A program made the translations under genes and the position numbers. The notes under the pieces were generated by a model. That model was not told the DNA's origin. It saw only the letters and a program-made list of their open reading frames with translations, and ran no database searches. A DNA stretch of 64,000 nt from Paraspadella gotoi (lineage: Eukaryota > Animalia > Chaetognatha), in the NCBI GenBank assembly GCA_051294375.1, contig JBJCIZ010000282.1, positions 386,880 through 450,879 on the forward strand, in the 5' to 3' direction. This document shows, one piece after another, positions 23,701-34,819 of this stretch (position 1 is the first letter of the stretch; each line of letters starts with the position of its first letter).

Positions 23701-25544
23701 AAATTCTTCCCCACTCTTAGCTTGAAAGTGTCTGATAGGAAATGTGTGTGTTTTATCATAAGTATTAATTATCTAATAAGCGCATGAGACCAATCTTAAA
23801 TTACTTATAATATTACTTCGTTTTAAAAATTTGATGCATGGCATGTTATCGTCACATTTTTCACAATCACGACTGTGCTCGTTTTCGTGCTTGAATCGAC
23901 ACCAAGGTCTGCTCTTGACCTCCCCCTCTTCCAAGGGGGTGTACTCTCTATTCAGATTCAGATTTTTATTCAAGGTATTTATGGCTTCGGTGTCGCAGGC
24001 GCCAATGAATTTTGAGCAATAAAAGGAAGACCAGGATTTAAATTCGATGTGGGTGCCCGGTGGAGTCAGTACAAATTTTTGATTTCTTTTTTCTTTGAAA
24101 CACGTTTCGTAATGCTGATTTTTTAAATATAGTTTAGTAAAGGATCTTAAACATTTAAGCCCTAGTATTCCTGCTTATGGATGACGATAGAAGCCTGGAG
24201 AGCGATCGAATGAGTATGAAGTGGCTGACCCCTTTTCCGAGCTGTAAAATTGTGAGTTCGAATTGTGGTTTCTGGTTGCAGCTTGAGACATAGAACGGGA
24301 AAATTTCTAATTTTTTATTCTTATACTCATATGTATAAATAATAATGGCAAATAAATTTTTATTAAGTTTCTCTAATTTTTCGATTTGTCTCGGGCTGGT
24401 GATCGAAAAATTTACGCCTTCATGATTAATATATTTATAAAAGGGACGAAAATTTTTTTCGTACCAAGCGGTTTTGGCGGAAAAATTAAAAATTGATGCT
24501 TTTATGCAATTCAGCAAACATTTGCCATCTTCGCTTGGGACGTTTAAAAGCGCATTTTTTCTCCTGAGGAAATTCACAATTTTTGGCGAGCCCCCGCCGA
24601 TGCTCATAATATTTTTAAAGCGAAAAATATTTAATTTTAAAAATACTGTGTATAGATAAACGAGACCGGATCGTTTCAGTGTTAATTTGGAAATCTCGTA
24701 AAACAAATTTTCGAATATCCTGTTTAATGTATCCTGTAACCCATCCCCGCGGATCAAGATCTCTACAGGCTGTTGACTTTTGTAATATATCAAATCGGCG
24801 TCTTCGATCTGCTTAATGTCGCTCTCCCCTCCCCATATCGGTGGACGTGCCAATGGCGGAAAATAAAGCTAAACGAATTTTTATTGAAAACTTAATAGAT
24901 TTTTGCTTTTTTAATTCCTGATATATAATATTACTGAAAAGAGGTTTGGCTCTGTTGAGCAGTTCAACGAAATCAGCCGACTCTTCGCGAGGGATAAATC
25001 TGAAAGATTGAATTATTTTTGATATGAACTTAAAATAAAATCTATATTGTCCTGAGAATAAACCGAATAATGACTCTCGTATTCATCCTCTTTACCGAGT
25101 CGGCTAATTTTTTAAAAAATATTATTGTTAGTGAAATGCTTACGCGTTACAATTTCTTCGTCCTCCCAATCGTCGGACTCTTCCAGATGTCCGTTCGCCG
25201 TCGGTTCCTCTCGGAGCTCCTAACCTCCGTTTACTGTCGGTTCTTCCTCTTCGATGGCAACGATATCATTGTTGGACAAAATGGAGTCGGTGTTTGCGGT
25301 AATCGATTCCGCGGTGATGTCGTTGCTGTGCGGGGTGAGATCTTCGTTCGTGGGATTCGCTTTGATCCCTTTCCGAAGTTTCCCCCAATCCTCTTTGCGA
25401 AGAGTGGATCCATGGATCGATGGGGCGTTGTATCCAGAAGTCGCGTGAACGATATGGGTCAAACGGCATCGCTGTCGGTGTGATTCGATTAGGTTGTCTA
25501 TTTTTTAAAAACGATATGATGGGGGGAGAATTCAACGTTTTCAT
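20798..25544 (-). pseudogene. polB: Polinton/Maverick-type protein-primed DNA polymerase B, multiply frameshifted
   Basis: Collinear motifs: RSGL..LKL..GGS...KNALLNVPSEDGKC (N-terminal), C2H2-like CLRSF..HYETC, endonuclease VII-like C..C..KVLHHEHLSG..AIVCN.CNL, exonuclease QNLSYD and FRFID, LGEY..YVKLDTILL, IRGG, GYFLNVDL.Y, motif B KLILNIIYGK, motif C SDTDS (~21385-21400), GKFK..FAGL and LKGV. Confidence 0.9.
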
Positions 25545-25571
25545 GAGCAGTTTTTTAACTTTTTTTTTTTT

Positions 25572-26872
25572 TTTTAGTCGGATCTGCTTATGCAGGCGAT
25601 CCCGACTCTATAACTCACTTTTTATAACTCATGCTTTTTCGGTCCGTCGCGTCCGCCCCCTCAATATTGTCGGGCACAACACTTATATCATGTCAGAACA
25701 TCGAATTAGTGATAAATTTGATGGCAAAAAAATGTATGTCCGTCCGCATCCGTCTGTCTGTCCGTGCCGTCCGTACCGTCCGTCCGTCCGTCGCGTCCGT
25801 GTCGCACCTTAGCTAAAAAAACACCAATTACTCGTGATTGGATGGATGAGTTTAAATGAAATTTGGTGTGTGGATAGGTAAGTGTGTGATGAGCTGGTAT
25901 TAAGTTTGCGATGGAATCGTCCGAGTGGAAATGAAGTTTAAATGGAAAAAACAAAAAAAAATATTCACTATTTGAACACCAATTGCTCATGCAGTGGATG
26001 GGCTGAGATTGACACTGGGAATTTTGTATGGTGGCGTAGCGAAGTGTGTGATTGAACAGGGAAATCAAGTTTTCGATGGAATAGTTTGAGTGGAAATAGT
26101 TTAAATGGAAAAGACACAAAAATCCTGTTTTACTGCTAATGATGATTATGGCTTCATTTTTCCGGGCTTTATATAGTTAAATGTCATTAGTGCAGGAAAT
26201 GTATAATTAATAAATGCAACATAATTAATCAGTAATTAATATATTAAGTAAATAAATTAGATCATCAATAATTAATTAATTAGTCAATCAATCGCGTCCT
26301 CATCTGTCCCATCTTAGCAAAAGCTCCATAATACGTCGGATTGGGCTGGTTGGACTGGAATTAAATTTTGTGTGTGGGTAGGAAAGTGTTGATAAGGCTG
26401 GATATAAAATTTCGTATGGAATCGTGTGAGTGGAAATTAGTTGTTAAATGGGAAAAAACATAAAGTCGAATTTACTAAATGCTTTTGTCTTATTTTAACC
26501 AATAGAAAAAAAAAAATACTCCAATTAATCATAATTGGATGGATACAGATTGAGTTGAAATTTTGTGTGTGGGTAGGAAAACGTATGCACGAAGCTTGAT
26601 ATAAGTTTCAGTGGAAACGTAGCCAGTGGAATGAGTTTAAATGAAAAAAATATGAGTTCACATTTACTTGAATCTCTTTTTATTTATTTTAACCCATGAT
26701 AAGCATTGAGATGAAATTTGTGAGCCGGTAGGAAGTGAGTGAAGAAGCGTAGATATAAAGTTTTGACGGAATTGTCAAGTTGAAAAATTATGCAAGTTGA
26801 AAAAATGATGCAGTTTAAAAAATCTTAAAAGCAGTAAGGATCGTCGCTATTGCATAAAAAAGAAGAGAGAGA

Positions 26873-26917
<45 letters not shown>

Positions 26918-27313
26918 AGAGAGAGAGGAGAGAGAGAGATAGAGAAGGAGACATAAAATAAAAAAAATCTTAAAAGACTCAAGATCGAGCCCAGAGCCCA
27001 CTATCATAGAATATTAATGAAAAAAACCGGGAAAAACGAATGAATCATGCGATTTAACGAATTGTTGATGTACTAGTAAGTTGATTGAGGTAATACTTAA
27101 TTGATTGATGTTAATAGTAATTTATTGACTGTAATAGGAATTGATTATTGATTCGATGATAATCAATTATTGATGCGGGATGATAGTCATTCACTGCTGT
27201 GATGATAGTCATTCAGTGATGCGATGATTGTCATCATTGATGCGATGATTGTCATCATGATGCGATGAGTCAATAAAACAAACAAATGCGTGTATGATGA
27301 AGAGAGAGGAGAA

Positions 27314-27351
<38 letters not shown>

Positions 27352-30300
27352 AGAGAGAGAAGAAAGAGAAAGAGAGAGAGAGAAAGGAGAGAGAGAGAGA
27401 GAAAGAAGATAAATCCACGAAAATCATCGGATGAAATTGGGATTTGATTGAGAAAAAGCGGAATAAATGGCGATAATAAAAAGTTTTTAAGGAAAAAAAT
27501 AATCAGATTTTTTTCAAAAACAAACGATCACGCAAAAGATCCAGTAACAGACCAGAGGAGAGAGACAAGGAAGAGAGGAAAAAGAAGAAACAGAGATGAG
27601 ACAGCCGCTGCAGAGAAAAGGAGAAAGAGAAAGAGCGATATTAGATAATTAAAGAGAGAGAGAGAGATAAGCTCTACAGTAGGCCGGATCGATATCAGAG
27701 TTTGGTCTTGCCTGTCTGTGATTTCCTGTACTTTCCATGTTACTTAAATAAGTATATGAAGTTAATTTTTTTTAATGTGAATAGCGAATTATTGAATATT
27801 TACGTGTTTAAAAATTTACCGCACTATAATATGCAAATTGAGATTAAAAGAAAAATGATTCTCATATATATCGAATATTTGGCAAATAAATTAAAATCGC
27901 ATTATCTTTATCTCAACAGTAATATTTAAATTGACATACAGATAGTAACTATTAAATTTCTATTTTTTTGGAAAGATATAAGTAAACAAATATTCTAATA
28001 TAATAGTATCGAAATTAATAAAGATTTAAAGGATTATTCTTCACGTCATTCAGGACAAAATTATATTATTAAAATTTTAGCACAGATCTGGGAGATTCAA
28101 ATTATAGTGGTGTCATCCACAATAGTTATGGTTTTTACTAAAAAATGGTATAGTACAAAATATGCCTCGTAAAAACTATGCACCCGCTCGTGCCTGTCTC
28201 TTTCTTAAAAAATCTCGTCAATCACCTGTAAAAAATGAATTCCGATTTGGGATGATTTCGCTGAACTCAAATAGAGCTGCTCATTGTTTCCTCGTAGCTT
28301 TAGCGATTTCTCTTCATGATCGAATTCGAAATTAGAAGGAAACTGTCTTTTTTAGTATCAATTTAAAGACTGATATTAACTGATATCTAAAGAGAGCTTC
28401 CCAACTAGAACATAATCTCCATCGATCGAGAAATCTCGCATCCTCGCTTATTTATTCTCCAGCTCAGATCGATGATGTTTTCGCGTCTTCTCTAACGGAA
28501 AAATCGAAAATCTCCAAGGAGAAGAAAGATTGCCTTCGCGACGCCGCTTATACATCAATGTCGGTCTTCTTCGCCGACATCTTCATTGTCTCCTTCGTCC
28601 TCCATCGCCGTCTCTTGCATCAACTCTCCAGCACCGACTCCAGTCGTCTGCCACGCCAACTCCATCGTCTGCCGCGCCAACTTCATTGTCTGCGCGCCAA
28701 CTCCATCAACTGCGCGCCGACTTCATCGTCTTCTGCGCCGACTCCTTCTCGTACTTCATATATTTTAACTTCGATCCACGACAAATTCTGACGCCAAGGA
28801 GTCGTTGATTCAACTGAAGACAAACTCAACCGGAACCGAAAATCGTCGAGTGTGACCTGTCTGTTAACATATTCATTCGAGATTTAGTTCAACCTACAGC
28901 CGACAAATCAAACGAGCGACCATCAAGGCATAGAAAGTATAAACAATTTCATAATTATTACAAGAAAATCTTTTATAACTATTGATATCCAAAGGGAGGG
29001 AGTGGCAATTGTTGACACACTCCGGATGAAACCACACACGAGCATGGCAAAAAGGACGATGCACTACTGTTAGGGGGAAACCTTGCGGACCCCCGTACGG
29101 GTCGATGGGTGGCTGCAGACCAGGGGCAGCTTTAAAGAGTCTCGGTGTTGCTCGTATGCCACTGGACGCGGGCTGCAGGGCGTCAACAGTTCACTAGCCC
29201 AAGATCACTATACTGTAACAATGTATATCAAGAGAGAACACATGGATCAATAACCACAGCTTAGTGAGACAAGGGATCACTGAGAAAACACAAATAATAC
29301 CCAACACCTCTGCTATAAATATCTCATCACTCATGATAGCTGAGGGGAAAAATAGTAATGAATCAACTAACAACTATTAATGGCAAAACGAAGGAATAAT
29401 CAATGAATCTTTATTTAAATAAGACAATCAATGAATGAATTAATCTACAAATGTTTACACGGATTCCACAAAGATCAATCGAGATTCCACAAGAGTTTGT
29501 TCCTGACAAGTCAACATTCAGATAATTCTTTAACTTTGTGAAAAAGATATCGCCTCGTAACCCTCTTAGTCATTTCAACCAGTTTTTATAGTATTAATTT
29601 TAACTTACCTGATATCAACTGATAAATTTTTTTTAAAATCACTACTTCGATTCAATAAAAGTATTTTATGGAGTTCAGAACAGGAGGCGAAACAAAGTTA
29701 TTAAAATATTAAATCGGAAAAATCCGTAATGGAATTTCATGTCCATTTTTTTTTATCTGAAATTTATAATTTTTAATGAGAGAAAGTGAAGAATATTCTC
29801 GCCTCGTCTTCTCCTTCTATCACTTAGGTACAAATTCTCTATACATCAATATTGCTGAGGTTGAATCATGTTTACTAAGAAACTGTTCTGTTTTCAATCA
29901 TTTTTATCACCGAATCACCAATTGTCGTCTAAACTTGTTCTATGAGTTTTTAAACCATGTTTTTTCCTATTTTCTCTCATTAAACATACATTTTGAAACT
30001 CTTGTCGACTCATTTTTGGACGGGGGACGCTTGAACGTTAGTTTTCCCGCGTGCGAGGAAGATAAAATTCTTCTTCAGAGAGAGAGAGAGAGAAGAAAGA
30101 GAGATGAGAGAAAGAGAGAGAAAATAAAGAAAGAGAGATAAGTCGATTGCATATGTCCGGTCAAGGGCTTTATTTATTTTTTTCTTCCTTATTTTCTTGA
30201 TTTTGTTCATAATCTTAATGTACTGCTTTAAATACATAAATAAAATTTCTGTACTTAACTGAGAAACAACTTTTTTACTAAGTAAAAATAATACCAAACT

Positions 30301-31145
30301 AAAATTTGATGGTCACATGACCAAATTTCCACCAATCACAGATCGAACTTGATGATATTTTATAAAAATGTAAAATCTGCAGTGGATCCTGAATATTTTT
30401 TTGGAACTTATTTATGTGATATCCAAATAAAACTATATTAGGTAAAGGAATCACCGACAGGCACATATTTGTAAATTATATATGCATATGATCCGCCCTA
30501 CTCTAACAGCCCCTTTACTCGTTAAAGAATCGCACTACTATGCGCCGCACGTAGCGTGAGCTATTCTTTTTACCAAAGGACCCGGGTTCGCGCCCTGTTC
30601 GTGGCATCGTTTTTACATTAGTGAAACCCACATTATATCTAAAAAAATTTTTTGTAAAAAAGAGAGAGAGAGAGAGAGAGAGCTGGACAGACGCTGCAGA
30701 GCCGGAACTCGTTTTTAGAAAGCAGTGACGGAGAAAAAGAGAGAAGAGAGAGCGACATATAATTAAAACGTTTTTTGTTGTAAATAAACATAACAAATAC
30801 CATATGATATGAAACATGAGAATTTTAAAGATCTTTGGATGGATTAGAACCATATATGAAAATTCAGACTCCCTATGATATCACACTTTCAGAAGCATGA
30901 TTGCAAAAAGCGAGACCGGAAAGCTAAACCGAAAAAAAATCGAGACAGACGGGCTTTGCCGCCTGGCTCGAAATAGAGGATATTTGTTTGTTTTGATAAA
31001 ATGTAAACAAAAACATTTTAATACTGTCCTGACTCAATTTTAAGGACATCGATGATGACAAGCTGAATATAAATCTATATTAATCTATTAATTAATAATT
31101 AATTATCGTAGCAGATCCGACATTGTTTGCTCAAACTTGTTTTTA
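25572..31145 (+). mobile_element. HINE family A split by a ~4-kb insert (5' part 25572-26960, 3' part 30971-31145)
   Basis: 5' part is collinear with 16306-19620 (with deletions). 3' part GGATATTTGTTTG...GCAGATCCGACATTGTTTGCTCAAACTTGTTTT matches 19864-20065. Confidence 0.65.
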
Positions 31146-31149
31146 TTTC

Positions 31150-32295
31150 GAAGTGATCTGTGATCACGTGTTTAAAGTACAATGTCAAATGTTTGTGAGT
31201 TAAGAAAAATTTATAAGATTCGCAACTCGGTTTGTGATAATTACGAATTTGAGTTATTAGTAATTTGTTTTTCTTTCGTTTTTCCATTTCCATAGTATTA
31301 ATTGGTATGTGGGGTTTGTGGGGGAGTAAGGGGGGCATTGAGGATGTCCAGAATGATGATCTCGTTCGCCGGGATATCTCGAAGATCCCCTTCGTTCGGG
31401 GGTGGGGTTGAGGAATCCATTTCTGTGTCTTCCTCTTGGGGGTGAATGGGTCGAGAAAATAATCGTTTATGTACATCTCTTCATTCAGATCGGGGTGAGT
31501 TTCAAGAAATTCGGCGTAATAACTCATTTCCATGTTTAATAGAAATCATTCATAACATGGGCAATTAAGTTCTTGTTGGCATAAAACGTTGTTTTCCATT
31601 TTTTAAAACAAGTCATCAACGAGTTGTTGTAAAAACGCTAGGGGGTCCTCTGCATCTGTCGATTCGTGTCCGACAGCGTTGACGGTATTAGGAACGGCGT
31701 TGTGGAAATCGTGATGAGAATACGGGCTCTGGGGGTGTGGGGTCAGGATCGGTATTGTAGAAAAATCTTGGGTATTTTCGAAATGAAAGTATGACTCTGC
31801 TTTCTTGACGCTTGATCGCGTGGAATTTTTGATCTAGGGGGGGTCGTTGTCGTTGATATTTAACGATAATTCTCTGAGATGCTCTCCGGCGGTTTGTAAA
31901 CGATGTTGTTAACCGATTGACGATTCTGGAGTATGATTTTTTATTTTGAGTTGTTCGCAAAAAGTTTTAAAGGACGAAATCAGTTGTTCTTGTTGCGCTC
32001 GAATGGTGTGACAATTTTCGCAGTGTTTGGCGATTTCATTCTTGCATAACAAAATTATTTTGTCTTTTACTTGTTGGGGAAAATCGATTTCTTTGCTTAC
32101 TTTATAGATGGTTAGAGACTGATCGAAAAAGGTGTCCCCGAAGGATGGATTGCGTCTTGGTTGAAATGTTTTGTTTGGTTTTTGCTTGCCTTCCTCGCTG
32201 GAAATTAAGGAAAAATGAGGACTCGATGCCATGATGCTAAAATGGGGAAATGACGTGTATTCGTTTTTTTGGTCGAATCGAGTCGCGATCGTCAT
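31150..32295 (-). CDS. Frameshifted orphan ORF cluster, probably one gene of ~380 aa
   Basis: Overlapping or adjacent frames 31909-32295 (ATG start, CENC motif), 31688-31960 and 31099-31533 on the same strand. No recognisable domain. Confidence 0.35.
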
Positions 32296-32365
32296 GGTTC
32301 GAGGGGCACGCGCGAGCGCACGTTTTACGGAAAAAACATTGACAGATGTTTAAATTTTTGTCTAG

Positions 32366-32397
<32 letters not shown>

Positions 32398-32635
32398 ATC
32401 CATCGTATTTTCTCTCTTTCTCTCTCTCTCTTTTAGTGGTTTTTCATTCTTCGCCTTCTTATCTATAAATGACTAATGACCCTGGGGCTCGCGAAAGTTT
32501 TTCTTCGTGTCAACTGATAAGCTTCTTTTTTCCATTGTTCGCTTTTCACTTTTCACTTTTCATCCTTCCACGCTTTTTTTTCCCAAAATTTCTCTCTCTC
32601 TCTCTCTCTCTCAAACAAACAAACAAACAAACAAA

Positions 32636-33569
32636 ATGTTTCTGCTCGCCTTTACGTTCTCCTGCTTTGCGTTGACCTTTGCTCGACCAGTCATCCAGCA
32701 TGACTATTATTACTATAACGAGTATTATACGGAACCTCCGGCCATTACTGTCGGATTCGCTCTGACGTCGAAAGGAACGACGCCAATTTCCAACACGGCC
32801 TTCTCGTCTGTCGAACAGACGGCATCGGTTATCGATTGGAACGTTTTCTTCAAGAAATTTTACGAGTTGGCGCGAGTGAACGTCGACGTTCCCCGGTCTT
32901 TGATAGCGGTAAACGTTTTGCGGGAAACGACGACAAGAAAGACGATGCCAGCAATCAAAACGCGGATCGCGACAACAAGAAGGACGATGCCGGCAATCGA
33001 AACGCGGCCCGTGACAATGATAAATGCTACAACGACGAGTGCCGCGACGACGCCGACCGCGATGCCATGGGCGCGGTCGACTTCGACCGCGATGTCGGGG
33101 ATGCGGGCCGCGACGACGACGACCGCGATGTCAGTGGTACGGGCTGTGACGACGACGATCGCGACGACAACGACCGTTGGCAAACGAGTGAATGGGACCG
33201 AGAAAACCCCTGGAGCATTTGCTCCAAATGGGACTAAGGTAAAAAATATGTGGGTCTTGCGTCTTTAGGGCGATCGTTATATCCGCGTCGGGGACAGATG
33301 GTGGGTTCAAAAGCAGGCAGGAGAGGTAATCGATGCTAATAGCTAATTTTTCTCTTTCATTCAAAATTGATTAGTTTTTAATTTTTTTACAGCTGGGCGA
33401 TAATTCTCCGGTCGAAGTGGCTCGAGTCGACTTCTTGACATACTTGGGACCTACGATCACTTGTCTGGTGGTCATAGGTTTATTTTACATTATTCGACGG
33501 GTGAAGCGGGGTGGAAGTCGTCCCGCGAGACGTTCGACTCCTCCCCCTCGAGAGAATCTCTCGAGATGA
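32636..33569 (+). CDS. Two-exon type-I membrane mucin-like glycoprotein (exons 32636-33238 and 33393-33569)
   Basis: Signal peptide MFLLAFTFSCFALTFA, Thr-rich stalk with NAT/NGT sequons, phase-0 intron GTAAAA...TTTTTTTACAG. Exon 2 encodes TM FLTYLGPTITCLVVIGLFYII followed by RRVKR. Confidence 0.7.
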
Positions 33570-34225
33570 CGACGCTGCCACGGACCAGTGTAGCAAGATC
33601 GCACGCTTCTCGGGTACGATCGAGCATCGTGAGGACTCTCCCGGGTCGAGTGCGGCGTCTCCCCGTGACGAGAGATTCGCCTTACACGGATTTGAGTGCA
33701 AGCTTAGACCAACCATAACGTCGGCATAATATGCTACCGAAATCGTTTATCCACCGCATTCAAGTTCACGTTCCCACCGATGAAGAGGATTAAAACATTT
33801 ATCGAGAACTGGAGAGGGTGAAAGAGATCGAGGAAGATTTAGCAAGTTGGGGGACTGATTGGGGGGAGGGTGAAGATGATGGGGGGGAGCGTTATTTGAC
33901 TCCCATCGCTTTCCCCACGTACGAGGCTGTTAATTGAACTATGTCTCTCTCTCTCTCTCCGCTAGTCGTTCGGGTCTCGGATCTCTCTCTCTCTCTCTCG
34001 TGTCTGGAAAATATATTTCAACTTTTTTTTGCACGGGTTTCGAACACTTTCCCCGTTTGAATCGATCAAGATTTGTAAAGAAGAAACTAAAAAAATTTAA
34101 AATTCGAAATTTAAACAATTACGAAAAAAATGGCTATCTAAAAATATTATTTTGAAACGAGCGCGAGTCCAATCGCGAGCACGTAAGTAATAATAGTATA
34201 TTTAAAATTGAAAAATAGATTTAAA

Positions 34226-34819
34226 AATGATTAAAAAGTTTAATTTCATAATGGAGTGCAGTGCAAAAAAAAAAAATTATAAATTTTCCATATATTTCGA
34301 CATAAGTTTCTATGTCATCTTCAGTGGAAGAAAAAGAATTAACAAACAAAACTTTTACAAAGTAAGAAATAGAGAAAAAAAGAGAGAGAGACACAATAAC
34401 AATGAAAAGGCTAAAGACTAAATGACCTTAAAGTGGTCAGAAGAACCCAAAAAGGGTTGGCCCCCCACCCCTTCATAAGTCATTAAAGACACAGTTCCAC
34501 GCGTCAGTTTTCACGTAGGCTCCCCAGTCTTCATTAAGACCCTCCCCAGGTCCACTACTGTGACGTCGGGTTCTTCTGGGTTCTTCTGGGTTCTTCTGGG
34601 TTCTTCTGACCACTTTAAGGTCATTTAGTCTTTAGCCTTTTCATTGTTATTGTGTCTCTCTCTCTTTTTTTCTCTATTTCTTACTTTGTAAAAGTTTTGT
34701 TTGTTAATTCTTTTTCTTCCACTGAAGATGACATAGAAACTTATGTCGAAATATATGGAAAATTTATAATTTTTTTTTTTGCACTGCACTCCATTATGAA
34801 ATTAAACTTTTTAATCATT
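34226..34819. mobile_element. ~224-bp near-perfect inverted repeat (Penelope-like inverted pLTR)
   Basis: Arms 34226-34449 and 34597-34819, with a ~147-bp spacer containing (GGGTTCTTCT) repeats. Each arm carries a hammerhead-like motif. Confidence 0.75.
34717..34760 (+). ncRNA. Minimal type I hammerhead ribozyme-like motif (identical copy on minus strand at 34286-34329)
   Basis: UUCCA-CUGAAGA-U-GACAUA gaaacu UAUGUC-GAAA-UAUA-UGGAA. Core boxes are intact with a 6-bp stem II and a 5-bp stem I, but the stem III/cleavage segment is only 4 nt. Confidence 0.65.

Noticed and set aside
28020-28320. OTU-like protease fragments (ILAQIWEIQIIVV; HCFLVALAISL)
   Set aside because: Fragments are short, interrupted and in the wrong order for an OTU domain.
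30535-30607. tRNA gene
   Set aside because: Only a B-box-like GGTTCGCGCC and a weak acceptor stem; no valid cloverleaf. At most a decayed SINE head.
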